A stretch of DNA of 64,000 nucleotides from contig NC_043000.1 of NCBI RefSeq assembly GCF_006345805.1, positions 22,754,001 to 22,818,000 of the forward strand, written 5' to 3'. A program made the translations under genes and the position numbers. This document shows positions 10,379 through 22,666 of the stretch, one piece after another. Within the stretch, counting starts at the first letter, position 1. Each line of letters starts with the position of its first letter. The notes under the pieces were generated by a model. The model was not told the DNA's origin and did not search any database. It saw only the letters and a program-made list of their open reading frames with translations. The stretch is from Octopus sinensis (taxonomy: Eukaryota).

Positions 10379-12114
10379 CACTGATCAAACTTTCCATTTT
10401 TTTTTATAAATAAATTAAATCATCAAAATGTTGCCCTGACTATAAGAAACTAAATAAGAGACTGTCCGCAAGAATGTATATCATCTTAGGGATCAAAAAA
10501 TAATTCTTGATCTTTAGGCATAAAAAGAAAAGCAAACCTTGATGGGGTTAATTACATCGATGTTTTACGTAATTGATTAAAGTGTAACATCTAAAAGAGG
10601 AAAGCGGTCTCGAAAACAAGACGGGAGAGTAGGGGTCCAATGGAACTCCACACCGATGTCGTAGGGACCATGATGGAGGGAAAGAATTCGAAGAATAGAT
10701 AAACCGTAGCCTGATGTCTTGAAATTGAATGATTAAGTATCCAAGGTTTCTATTCGAACATTTTAACTTGAAAATCCCTTTCATTACGTTCCTTCGCTGT
10801 TGAGAGGGCCCTCACCAGAGGGGCCGATAGTTATTGGTTATCGAGGTACAACAACTATCATTGTTACTACAACTATAAAATAAAAGACAGATTTGTCACG
10901 GCTTATCAAAGATCTGTGCGATCAGGAATGATATGGAAGGTAGCCCTCGTCACGAAATCGATCTCCCCTTTTTGAAGTGAAATCATTAAAAAATATAACA
11001 TTATAATAGTAACAACTAAAGCAATAATGTATACAATAACAATAACAACTCTTCTTCCTACTGCTGTTGCCAACAAAAATAAAATACGGGTTTATCGTAC
11101 GGACCGAAGGCGGTAATCGGCTTGGTTAGAGTAGAACCTAGGGTTAAAAAAACAATAAATAGTTCAGAATGAAAAGTTCAGCCAGTCATTTATCAAATTT
11201 GTAGCGATGTCATTTTGACTGTCGATATTTTAACTTACCTTTGTCACAGAATGTTGTTTTGACCAATCAGAGACGCGTAATCTGTGGAATTAATTATCCA
11301 ATTAAGGCACAGAATAATCTGTTTGTTCCTCTATTTCTCACTAAATGTCATTCGCTCGATGCAAGCAAGTCGCTTTCTCTTTGTTCCTCATTTTTTTTTT
11401 ATCCTTGTAGCAATTATGCATCAGCTCTTATTTTAATAGCATTTTAAAATTCTACTCGGCATAGCCTCTACAGATTCTCCACCTGTAGATATAAATACAT
11501 CTAACTGGCTTTTGTTCGTACGATAACCATTTATTTGTTTTCATAAATTTCACTTTATAGCACAGTTTAATTCAATTGACAGGAAAAATATCAATGTACA
11601 TTCCCCATTACATTTCTACTACATAAAATTATCTAATTGACTTGTCGATGTACATTTTCACAAACACAGTCTTATAAGCTGCTGTGAATTAATATATCTT
11701 GAATATTCCATGTTTGATTTTTCTATTTAACCTGAATTCTCAAATCACTTATTGTGAATTTAATGTTGCTTTATAATAAGAGTCAAACCCAGAGAAATCT
11801 ATTTTCTCTGTTGGCAAATAGGAAAATAAAATAAAATTATACACAATTAATTTTAGTTATATTCATGAACTGACCTTTGAAATTTCCTATGAATGAATAC
11901 AAACTTAAAGCGATCACTTTTATTTATTGAAAAAGACAGGACAAGAAAGAAAATGGAGGAGACAAGACTTATTTATCTGTTTAATACTAAACAGCAGTAA
12001 AGGTTCATGAAAGTTCAGGAAATTGAAGCAATTATGGATATTTTCCATAATTCTACATTATGTGAAATCGGAATTGGAAAATTCCAACATCTATCTATCT
12101 ATCTATCTATCTAT

Positions 12115-12165
<51 letters not shown>

Positions 12166-12365
12166 GTATACGAGTGTGTGAGCTTATTGATGCCTTCATA
12201 AATCAATACACCTATATATCGATATTTCATTAAAGAGCTACTAAAAACTGAAAATAAACAGTAAGAATTCCTTTCATTGTACTAAAGGTGCATTGTTGAT
12301 TGAATCAACCCAAGAATATTACTGGTAATTATTTTATAATCATCATCATCATCATCATCATCATC

Positions 12366-12417
<52 letters not shown>

Positions 12418-12889
12418 AGGCAAAGATGATCTCGATATGATTCGAAGTTACGGATGATGAGCTAGCAAAGTTGATATCGAATAAAATCGAATATGTATTT
12501 TGTAGAATTTTACATGATGAGTTCAAATCCCGCCGAGGTGACTGTATTTTATCTTTCCGGCGTTTATAACATAAAGTACCATTTAGGTACTAGGGGCGAT
12601 TTAATCGACTGCTCATCTGAGTTAGCATGCAACAGACCAGCATAGTACAATAGAGCTCTAAATCCCGCCTGCTCACGGGCCCTGACGATGGCTGAAGTGA
12701 CACAACGGCTACCACACACACGGTGATTCTAAACAGTTTTTGTGCTTTTAGTTCCACTCTCGAGTTATTGTGTCAAACCAAAGCTATAGTAGAAAACCCT
12801 ATTGTTTTTTGCCCAAGGTCCCAAGCAGTGAAACCGAACCTGGAATTACGTGGCTGCCAAGTGAACCCCTTAACCACGTAACTATACCA

Positions 12890-13273
12890 TGGAAGCACTC
12901 CGTCGGTTACGACGACGAGGGTTCCGGTTGATCCGAATCAACGGAACAGCCTGCTCGTGAAATTAACGTGTAAGTGGCTGAGCACTCCACAGACACGTGC
13001 ACCCTTAATGTAGTTCTCGGGGATATTCAGCGTGACACAGAGAGTGACAAGGCCGGCCCCTTGAAATACAGGTACAACAGAAACAGGAAGTAAGAGTGAG
13101 AGAAAATTGTGGTGAAAAGTACAGCAGGGATCACCACCGTCCCCTGCCGGAGCCTCGTGGAGCTTTAGGTGTTTTCGCTCAATAAACACTCACAACGCCC
13201 GGTCTGGGAATCGAAACCGCGATCCTATGACCGCGAGTCCGCTGCCTTAACCACTGGGCCATTGCGCCTCCAC
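12890..13273 (-). mobile_element. SINE family C, full length with ~14-bp TSD
   Basis: Minus-strand head GTGGAGGCGCAATGGCCCAGTGGTTAAGGCAGCGGACTCGCGG...GGTTTCGATTCCC. Direct repeat ACGTAACTATACCA at 12876-12889 and 13274-13287. Near-identical copy at 48092-48474. Confidence 0.93.
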
Positions 13274-13431
13274 ACGTAACTATACCACGGCAATTGTGAA
13301 CAAAAAGCAAATAAATCTAAAAATACGATCAATATTTCCTTTTTTTTTGTTTGTATTATTAAAGCCAGATTAAGGCGGAGAGCTGGCTTAATCGTTACTA
13401 CACCGGACAAAATGTTTACTCTTTTTTTTTT

Positions 13432-13621
13432 AACTTTTTTTACTTGTTTCAGTCATTTGACTGTGGTCATGCTGGAGCACCGCCTTTAGTCGACCAAATC
13501 GACCCTAGGACTTATTCTTTGTAAGCGTAGTACTTAATCTATCAGTCTCTTTTGCCGAACTGCTAAGTTACAGGGACGTAAACACACCAGCATCGGTTGT
13601 CAAGCGATGCTGGGAGGACAA

Positions 13622-13654
<33 letters not shown>

Positions 13655-13792
13655 CATATATACGACGGGCTTCTTTCAGTTTCCGTCTACCGGATCCACT
13701 CACAAGGCTTTGGTCTGCCCGAGGCTATAGTAAAAGACACATACCCAAGAACCCGGAACCATGTGGTTGGTAAGCAAGCTACTTACCACAAA
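13432..13792 (-). mobile_element. SINE family A (internal deletion)
   Basis: Family-A tail, core and head segments. Confidence 0.88.
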
Positions 13793-13794
13793 GC

Positions 13795-15005
13795 CGGTAT
13801 TTCTTTCGGCTTTACGTTCTGGGGTCAAATGTCGCCGAGATCGATTTTGACATTCATCCTTTCGGGATTTATGGAATAAGTATCAGTCGAGCACTGGAGT
13901 TGGTGCCATTGACTTACCCCACCCTGAACATTGCAGGCCTTGTGCCAAAATTAGAAAGATTATTAAAGCCGGATTTAAGGTGGTGAGCTGGCAGAAGTGT
14001 TATAGCACCGGAAAAAAATTGCTTAGCGGCATTTCTTCCGGCTTTTTAGGTTCGGAGCTCAAATTCTGCTGAGGTCTGTTTTGCCTTTCATCCTTTCGCT
14101 GTCGATAAAATAAAATACTAGTCACGTACTGGTATCAATATAATCGACTTATCCAGGCGGCGAGCTGTCGGAAACGTTAGTACGCCGGCTAAATGCTTTG
14201 TGGTATTTCGACCGCTGCAGCGTTCTGAGTTCAAATTCCACCGAGGTCGACTTTGCTTTTCATCCTTTCGAGGTCGATAAATTAAGCACCAGTTACGCAC
14301 TGGGGTCGATGTAATCGACTTAATCCGTTCGTCTATCCTTGTTTGTCCCCTCTGTGTTTAGCCCCTTGTGGGTAGTAAAGAAATAGGTATTTCGTCTGCC
14401 GTTACGTTCTGAGTTCAAATTCCACCGAGGTCGACTTTGTTTTTCATCCTTTCGGGGTCGATAAATTAAGTACCAGTTACGTACTGGGGTCGATTTAATC
14501 GACTTAATCCGTTTGTCTGTACTTGTTTGTCCTCTCTGTGAGCCCCTTGTGAGCAATAAAGAAATAAGAAACGTTAGCACGCTGGGAGAAATGCTTAGCG
14601 ATATTTCGTCTGTGTTTACGTTCTGAGTTCAAATTCCGTTGAGGTCGACTTTGCTTTTTGCAGTCGATAAATTAAGTACCAGTTGCGTACTGGGGTCGAT
14701 CTAATCGACTGCTCCTCGCTCCAAAAATTTCGAGCTTTGTGCCTAGAGTAGAAAAAGATATAATCGACTTATCTCTTCTCAAATTACTGGTCTTGTGCCA
14801 AAATTAGAAAGGATTACTAAAGCCGGATTTAGAGCGGCGAGCCGGGGGTATCGGTGGTGTGCTTGAAAGCAATAACTTGCGACGTTCTTAGTTCAAATTC
14901 CGCCGATGTCAACTTTGCCTTTCATCCCTCTGGTGTCGATAAAATAAAGGAGTTAAATATTGGAGTTGATGGTATCATCTTACTCTCCCCATCAAAATTT
15001 GCTGG
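13795..15005 (+). mobile_element. Cluster of tandem/nested SINE-B copies (about 7 monomers)
   Basis: Repeated GTTCTGAGTTCAAATTCC..CGAGGTCGACTTTG..TTTCATCCTTTCG.GGTCGATAAATTAAG.ACCAGTT units with two alternative tails (..AGCCCCTTGTGGG..AAAGAAA and ..CTTGTGCC.A.A.TAGAAA). Confidence 0.88.
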
Positions 15006-15142
15006 CACCGTGACTAACAATTATTTAAGCCGACTTACCAATTCTGCTTTTAATGAAATTGTATTGTGAGATTCTCTGTTATTGAATTTGTTTCTGAATC
15101 TATATGGAAAAGTAATTAAGTGATTTAACGTTTAGGACAAGA

Positions 15143-15529
15143 CTAGCAGTATCGCCCGGCGTTGCTCAGGTTTGTAAGGGAAATAACTATAAAGCATTTT
15201 TAGAGAGTTATAGCCAAAAAATAGCAAAAAAAATGGAAAAAAAATGATGGTAAATTTTTTTTTTGAGAGTTAAAAAAGGTGGAGTTGCGTCCCCTAGACG
15301 GTCTGTGGTTTGGATTTCTGATTCTCGACCCCATATCGAATTTATCGATTTTTTTCAGAACTGGGGGAACTTTTCAAAATTTTCGCTGCGTTAGTTTTGA
15401 ATTATGACATTGGGCTATGTGTGTGTCAAGTTTCATCAGAATCGGTTGAAAGCCGTGGTCAGAGTGAGGGTACGAGAAAACAGACACACAGAAAACGCAC
15501 AGACAAACTGCCGTTTATATAGAGAGAGA
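15143..15529 (-). mobile_element. Non-autonomous Helitron
   Basis: Minus strand A|TCTCTCTCTATATAAACGG ... GAGCAACGCCGGGCGATACTG-CTAG|T: 5' TC, 3' CTAG, A/T insertion site, no TSD, GC-rich subterminal motif. Confidence 0.75.
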
Positions 15530-15751
15530 TTCATGATAATGTGTCCCGCAGTGAGTTGCTGTTTAAGATGGAATTTTATTAGAGTTAGACCGTGCAAAGT
15601 TGATAGTAGGCCAAAGCACTATGTAAAACGTAGGTCTTATTTCAGCTGATAACAGGTGAGGCTATATGTCAAAAGGTGGGTTCCATTTCAAACAATAATA
15701 AACCCAGGTACGGCATGAAATGTTATTGATAATATATGTAGGGCTGAAAGA

Positions 15752-15952
15752 AGGTGGCGAGCTGGCAGAATCGTTAGCACGCCGGGCGAAATACGGCTAC
15801 GCATTTACGTTCTGAGTTCCGCCGAGGTCGACTTTGCCTTTCATCCTTTCGGGGTCGATAAATTAAGTGCCAGTTACGCACTGGGGTCGATTTAATCGAC
15901 TTAATCCGTTTGTGTGTCCTTGTTTAGCCCCTGGTGGGTAGTAAAGAAATAT
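15752..15952 (+). mobile_element. SINE family B
   Basis: GGTGGCGAGCTGGCAGAATCGTTAGCACGCCGGGCG head through GTAGTAAAGAAA tail. Confidence 0.9.
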
Positions 15953-16157
15953 ATATGTAGGCCAGATGGGAAACATAGACCTCCATGATAGCTAGTAAAA
16001 GGCCAGAAGTGAAATGTAGACCCATTTCAGACTGCACTTTAGTAAACTAATCAGTGCTAAAAACAAAATGATTTATGTATGGATAACGATATATACATGT
16101 AGTAGATCTGATGTAATTACAAGTAACAGAATAAATAAACTAGAACGAATGCTAGAA

Positions 16158-16367
16158 ACTCTTTTACTCTTTTACTTGTTTCAGTCATTTGACTGTGGCC
16201 ATGCTTGAGCACCGCCTTTAGTCGAGCAAATCAACCCCAGGACTTATTCATTGTAAGCCTAGTACATATTCTATCGGTCTCTTTTGCCGAACCACTAAGT
16301 TACGGGGACGTAAATACGTCAGCATCGGTTGTCAAGCGATGCTGGGGGAACAAACGCAGACACTTAA

Positions 16368-16429
<62 letters not shown>

Positions 16430-16503
16430 GTATATATATAATATATATAATGTATATATATATATGTATATATATATAATATATGCATATATATATATAT
16501 ATG

Positions 16504-16581
<78 letters not shown>

Positions 16582-16752
16582 ATATGCATATATACGACGG
16601 GCTTTTTCCGTTTCCGTCTACCAAATCCACTCACAAGGCTTTGGTTGGCTCGAGGCTATAGTGGAAGACACTTGCCCAAGGTGCCACGCAGTGGGACTGA
16701 ACCCGAAACCATGCGGTTCATAAGCAAGCTACTTACCACGCAGCCACTCCTA
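16158..16752 (-). mobile_element. SINE family A with expanded (CA)n/(TA)n interior
   Basis: Family-A termini flank ~16370-16595 microsatellite. Confidence 0.9.
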
Positions 16753-17132
16753 CGGGATCTCCTTTATCTCAAACAGGGGAATAGGCCACCTCAAAATCAC
16801 AACTGGCTCACTTCTGCTTGGCTTAGAAATGGGGCTAGGGTTACGACTGTGCAAAGAGCAGAATCCTCAAATGACAGATATGTTGATGAGAGATAAAGTA
16901 TTCATATTTCATTTTATTTTTCTCGAGCCCTATAAATCAGAAGGCCGGTTACCCAGTTCCCATGGTAAATACGTGACCGAGATCGCATTACTCCTGAACG
17001 GGGCGCCAGTTCGTTACAGGGTTTACCTCAATACTCAATACTTGAGTGGTACTTTATTTTATTCATTCTGAAGGGATGGAAGGCAAAGCTGGCCTCGGTA
17101 GTATTTGAACTCGGAATACATAGAGCCAGAAA

Positions 17133-17362
17133 GGCGGCGAGCTGGCAGAATCGTTAGCACGCCGGGCGAAATGCGTAGCCGTATTTTGTCTGCCGCTACG
17201 TTCTGAGTTCAAATTCCACCGAGGTCGACTTTGCCTTTCATCCTTACGGGGTCAATAAATTAAGTACCAGTTACGCACTGGGGTTGATGTAATCGACTTA
17301 ATCCGTTTGTCTGTCCTTGTTTGTCCTCTTTATGTTTAGCCCCTTGTGGGTAATAAAGAAAC
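17133..17362 (+). mobile_element. SINE family B, full length
   Basis: GGCGGCGAGCTGGCAGAATCG...TTTAGCCCCTTGTGGGTAATAAAGAAAC. Confidence 0.92.
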
Positions 17363-18095
17363 AGATATATAGAATCAGAAAAAATGCCGCTAAGCACTTA
17401 GTCCTACGTGTTAACGATTCTGTCTGCTCACCACGTGATGTTGACACAATATTTCTAATTGTGTTGTATGAGACAATCGATTACATGTAGCTCAGTACTT
17501 AAATGGTACTTTATTTTATCGACCTCTGAAAGGCAAAATTAACCTTCGTAAGATACGGACTCAGATCATAATGGACCGTAATTAAATATCGCAAAACATT
17601 CTGTCCTTTGTTCTAGTGAATCTGCAAATACATCTTCATGATATCGAAAAAAATATTAATGGAATAGAAAACAAAAGCAGGTACTCCGTCGGTTACAACG
17701 AGGAGGGTTCTAGCTCATTCGATCAACGGAACAGCATGCTCGTGAAACTAACATGCAAGTGGTTGATCACTCCACAGGCACCCGTACATAGAATGCGAGA
17801 TAGTTGGCCCCTTTGCACTTCAGGTACTGCTCATTTTATCAGCTGAATATACTGGAGCAACGTGAAATAAAGTATCTTGCTCAAGGACAACGCACCGCCG
17901 GGAATCGAACTCATATCCTTACGATTGTGCGTCGAATATCGAAACCACTAAGCCACGCGCCTTCACGGAACAGAAAAACAAACCACGAAACCACACCAAG
18001 CTTTCTTGGAACTGCTATTGAATATCAGAAGTGCAGACATATGGCTGGAACTTTGCTCACTGAGTTTAAAGAATATATATATATATTATATATAT

Positions 18096-18143
<48 letters not shown>

Positions 18144-18336
18144 ATATATATATTTATATATATATATGTGTGTGTGTGTGTAATATAAATGTATATAAAT
18201 ATTTCTCTCACAGAAGTGACAATATTTTACTATTAGACTCGCTAGCCCATTTAGAATATTGATCTTCCATCGATTATGCTGATACTCTTAGAAGCTAATT
18301 TCGTTTTGGCAGATCGAATTGCTATATAGAAAGCTA

Positions 18337-18540
18337 ACACTACGGAGTTCAATAAAGCTGTCTTTCAGACTATAGTGATGGCTATTACGTTTATTTGTAA
18401 CGTAAAACGTCAGCCAAGACATTACAATGCTAATTATGTCTATAGCAGAAGGTATATCCACATAAATTCGGACAATGAAAACACTAGTTTAGATAAAGAC
18501 ACATAAGAAAACAATTTCACTGAAAATAATGGTGAGATAA
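18337..18540 (+). repeat. Donor of a ~205-bp dispersed direct duplication (copy at 20425-20632)
   Basis: ACACTACGGAGTTCAATAAAGCTG...GGTGAGATAA matches 20425-20632 apart from one substitution and one 4-bp indel. Confidence 0.95.
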
Positions 18541-20183
18541 AGACAATTCTCCCCTAGATATAAGTATATCTTCTAAACTATTTAATTTCTTATTTAATTT
18601 AACCAGAAAAGCGGCGACGTGGTAGAGAAAGTCATAGCGTTGTATAGAATGTCCGACATTTGTTCTAATAGCACATCCTCAAGCATATTTCAGATTTATT
18701 ACTTTCTTGGCGAGTTGGTAGAATCATGAACATGTCGGATAGTAATAGAATGGTTTGTGGTATATTCAACATCCCAGCGATCTCTGCACTCCTGGTTCGA
18801 ATCTGGCTGAGGTTAATTTTGTCTTTTGTCCTATCGAGGTTGATAAAATACCGTATGATGTACAGGGACCAATTCTTCTTTCTTTTCACGTTCTCATTCT
18901 ATCAGAATGCAAAGTTGGCCCTAGTCGATAATTTGAAAAAAAAAAAAAAAGGAGCAAAACAAACGAAAAAACCTCCCAAAAAACAAAGGAGAAAAAAAAC
19001 AAAAACAAACAAACTATTTGACATCTTACAATTTTTACATGTATTCATTGCATTCACATAATGGTAGCGGAACGTTCAAATCCTTTATTTTAGTTTCCAA
19101 AGTCCAAAACCGTTGTGAAACAGTCATCCCTTAAATACGATGACAATTTTTCGCAGGTTTTGCCCAGGTGAAGTATTTGAATTCCGTATTTGTCATCTCA
19201 AAACTTGCGGTTTTGGTCTAAGAATCTTTTCAAAGATTTTAGTACAACACCGGGGGGAATTGATCTAAAACGGGGGCGATAAGTGATATATGCATCGGGT
19301 GGCTTTATCTTTTATAGTTCACTTGTTTAAGTAATTAGAAAGCTGCCAGACTGGGGCATCGCCTTGTAGAACATTTAGTCGAATGACTCGACAGTGGTAC
19401 TTATTTCTTTAAGGCCCGGTACTTATTCTATCGGTCTCGTTTGCCGAACCGCTAACTTACGGGGAAGTAAAGACACCAAAACCGGTTTCAGGCTGTGGTG
19501 GAGGACACGCATGCACACACAGAATTTAAGTTCCCGCGTACTAAATCCACTCACAAGGCTTTGGTCAGTCCGAAGCTATAGTAGAAGACACTTGCTTAAT
19601 GTGCCATGTACTGGGACTGAACCCAGAACCATATGGTTGGGAAGCAACTTCCTTGCCACATACCCACACCTGTGCCCAGGCAGCATAAATTTAATAAAAT
19701 CAAAGGTTAGTATGATTTCACCATTTAATTGCCATTTTGTCCTTCTCTTCTCCAGACGGTGTCTGAGACAGAGAAGACTGCGTAAATAACGAAGAAACAG
19801 GCGTTAAATTTATTGCAAACTACTTTCACGTTGTCCTTTGTAGTGATTCTCGAGGCCTGTTTGGTTTTATTAGAAATGATTGATTTCTTTCGATTGTACT
19901 GAATTTCTTGGTCTGTTCTTGTTCATTGTTTCTTTTTCTTTCGGGGAGAAAGTTTTTGCGCAGTCTAAATTGCTGGAAATACAGCTCTTCGCCTCTTCAT
20001 GTGATCGTCCTATCTTATTGTATATATAAAATCTACACCGGGATATCAGTAGAGATATCTACTGATGTTATATCCATCAATATTTTGCTAAGCTGGTAAG
20101 GTGGACATTTTACAATCAAGTACAACACGTGATTCTAAAATAACAAGAAAAAATAAACAAAAACAAAACAAAACAAAAGCATA

Positions 20184-20315
20184 AACTAGAAAAGCACTCG
20201 GAGAGCGCAGACCTCCGCCAAGCAGTTCATTTCCCCCCATATACACGCATGCTGAAAATCGCCCGATTTCCCAAACCAACGCCGGCAAAAACATAACCTC
20301 CTTAGCAGGGTTTAA
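20184..20315 (+). mobile_element. Helentron-associated (HINE/DINE-1-like) element; second 3' end at ~21440-21630
   Basis: AACTAGAAAAGCACTCGGAGAGCGCAGACCTCCGCCAAG start and AAAACATAACCTCC end motif. CCTTGGCGGAGG at 21615-21626 is the inverse of the CCTCCGCCAAG subterminal repeat. Confidence 0.55.
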
Positions 20316-20371
20316 AAAAAAATAACACAGCCATATGATTTTAAAAAATAGGGTTAGAGTATCATATGAAG

Positions 20372-20862
20372 GGGGCGCAATGGCCAAGTGGTTAGGGCAG
20401 CGGACTCGTGGTTTCGATTCCCAGACACTACGGAGTTCAATAAAGCTGTCTTTCAGACTATAGTGATGGCTATTACGTTTATTTGTAACGTAAAACGTCA
20501 GCCAAGACATTACAATGCTAATTATGTCTATAGCAGAAGGTATATCCGCATAAATTCGGACAATGAAAACACTAGTTTAGATAAAGACACATAAGAAAAC
20601 AATTTCACTGAAAATAAATAATGGTGAGATAATGGTATGTGTTTATTGAGCGAAAACACCTAAGGCTCCACGAGGCTACGGCAGGGGGTGGTGGCGACCC
20701 CTGTTGTACTCTTTCGCCCCAACTTTCTCTCACTCTCACTTCCTGTTTCTTGAGTAACGCTACGATGGACTGGCATCCTGTCCAGCTGGGGGAACACATA
20801 CGCCACAGAAACCGGCAAACCGGGCTCATGAGCCTGGCTAGGCTTGAAAAGGGCGCATAAAA
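20372..20862 (+). mobile_element. SINE family C-like copy interrupted by the 205-bp insertion
   Basis: Head GGCGCAATGGCCAAGTGGTTAGGGCAGCGGACTC...CCCAGAC resumes at GTGTTTATTGAGCGAAAACACC (20639). Confidence 0.85.
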
Positions 20863-20942
20863 AATCATCTGAAACAGTTATAATACATCAATGACAACAG
20901 CAAGCTAGTTTCACCATTCAACTAAAAAGAAACAACAATTAC

Positions 20943-21188
20943 TTAAAACTTGAGTGATACACACACAGCATCGTGGTCGGAAAAGTAACAGTCGGTTACG
21001 GTGACTTTTGGATGTCGATCCTGGTTCACGTAAACATGATCTAGCAGGCTTCCATAGTCGGTGGTGGGTTTTTGGACTAGTTGGTCGAACCCAAACTGGT
21101 TCATAGTTGTCAAGATCTCATGGTTAGGGGAATCAAGGAGATCCACGTTTAAATCTCCTAGGACGATGGTCAGATGATTCCTTGTCAA
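20943..21188 (-). pseudogene. C-terminal AP-type (EEP) endonuclease fragment, Helentron-like
   Basis: IVLGDLNVDLL...FGFDQLVQKPTTDYGSLLDHVYV...DCYFSDHDAVCVSLKF*. The GDLN, T...LDH and SDH motifs are followed directly by a stop, as in Helentron RepHel-endonuclease proteins rather than LINE ORF2. Confidence 0.7.
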
Positions 21189-21637
21189 AGATAAAAGAGG
21201 TATCTGTCTACTTACGAAACTAAACCTACCTACCTACTTTCCATCCCTCTGTGGTCAGTATAGTATCACTCATTCCTCAAGAGTCCATAAATACGCGAGT
21301 AAAATTACTAATAGAGAAACGCAAATAAAACTTTGGAAACAGCAAAGCCACCAGCAACGTCACCATAGGTTACGTGGAAACGATGAACGTGTTTTCAAGG
21401 GAGATAATCAAAGAACGTAACATTGTAATACTCCCTGTAAAGTAAATATAACAAATGAAAAATCCTTCAAGAATCCATAAAAATTCCCGGATCACTACCA
21501 AAATTTAATCATCTTTTCCTTGTGTCATCACCAATTTTCATACAAGTTTTTGAGTTATTTTGTACACAGACGGACAGACGGACAAACCAAAACCGATGAA
21601 AACATAACCTCATTCCTTGGCGGAGGTAAAAAAACGG

Positions 21638-22120
21638 TGCAGGCGTGGTTGTGGGACAAGAAGCTTACTTCTCAATTACATGGTGCCGAGTTCAGTCCCA
21701 CTGCGTGGCACCTTGGGCAAGTGTCTTCTACTATAGCCTCGGGTCGACCAAAGCCTTGTGAGAGGATTTGGAAATCGGAAACTGAAAGAAGCCCGTTGTA
21801 TATATATATATATATATATATATATGTTTAAATATATGTGATGTATGTATGTATGTATGTATGTATGTATGTATGTATGTATGTATGTATGTGTGTATGT
21901 ATGTATGCGTGTATATATGTATGCATGTGTCCGTGTGTGTTTATCCTCCATCATTGCTTGACAACCGATGTTGGTGTGTTTACGCCCCCGTAACTTAGCG
22001 GTTCGGTAAAAGCAAGTATTAAGCTAACAAAGAATAAGTCCTAAGGTCGATTTTTTCGACTAAAACTTTTTAAGGCTGTGCTCCAGCATGGTCGCAGTCA
22101 AGTGACTGAAGCATGTAAAA
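21638..22120 (+). mobile_element. SINE family A
   Basis: GCAGGCGTGGTTGTG head, GAAAGAAGCCCGTTG-(TA)n(TATG)n interior, family tail. Confidence 0.88.
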
Positions 22121-22161
22121 GTGCAAACAAGTAAAACAAACAAAGACTCCCCCTCCCAACT

Positions 22162-22345
22162 GTTGTCGGGTATATGGATACCTGACCACAGGAGGGGATA
22201 TGGAGGGTATTTGTTGTTGGGTATATGGATACCCGACCACAGGAGGGTATATGGAGTGTATTTGTTGTTGGGTGTATGGATACCCGACCACAGGAGGGTA
22301 TTTGGAAGACATTTGTTGTTGGGTATACGTATACCTGATCACAGG
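22162..22345. repeat. 51-bp tandem repeat, ~3.6 copies
   Basis: Unit TTGTTGGGTATATGGATACCCGACCACAGGAGGGTATATGGAGTGTATTTG. Confidence 0.9.
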
Positions 22346-22409
22346 ATGGACAGTGGTAATAGACGTAGTAGGGGCAAGAGTATCTAGTTTCTGATGGCTT
22401 CCACCTTTT

Positions 22410-22666
22410 CTTTTGGATCTGTAGGTCTCAAACATTCTTTGCCCATGGAACCCTTTGATTTCTATTTTACGCAGGGGTTGAGACCCCCGTAGCCGTTCGA
22501 TGTCTAAAATCTCCTATCATATATTTATGATTAAACATTATTAGGATTCGTAAAAAAAAAATCTTTAAATATTTTGTGCAACCAGTTTATTGCACATAAA
22601 TTTTAACAACGATATCTTATATGACTCCACCCAGTGGCCATATGGACGCCGGTTGAGAACGACTGA
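22410..22666. mobile_element. Degenerate hAT-like MITE
   Basis: TCTCAAACATTCTTTGCCCATGGAACCC at the left and CCATATGGACGCCGGTTGAGAACGACTG at the right resemble CAGTGGTTCTCAA-type TIRs. Confidence 0.4.

Noticed and set aside
10781-10875. GAGGGCCCTCACCAGAGGGGCC hairpin/palindrome, possibly a retroelement 5' end
   Set aside because: No second copy or linked ORF in the window to support it.
11232-11280. Minus-strand donor (CAAAG|GTAAGT) near a CCAATCAG box
   Set aside because: Short motifs expected by chance in 64 kb; no coding exon or partner site.
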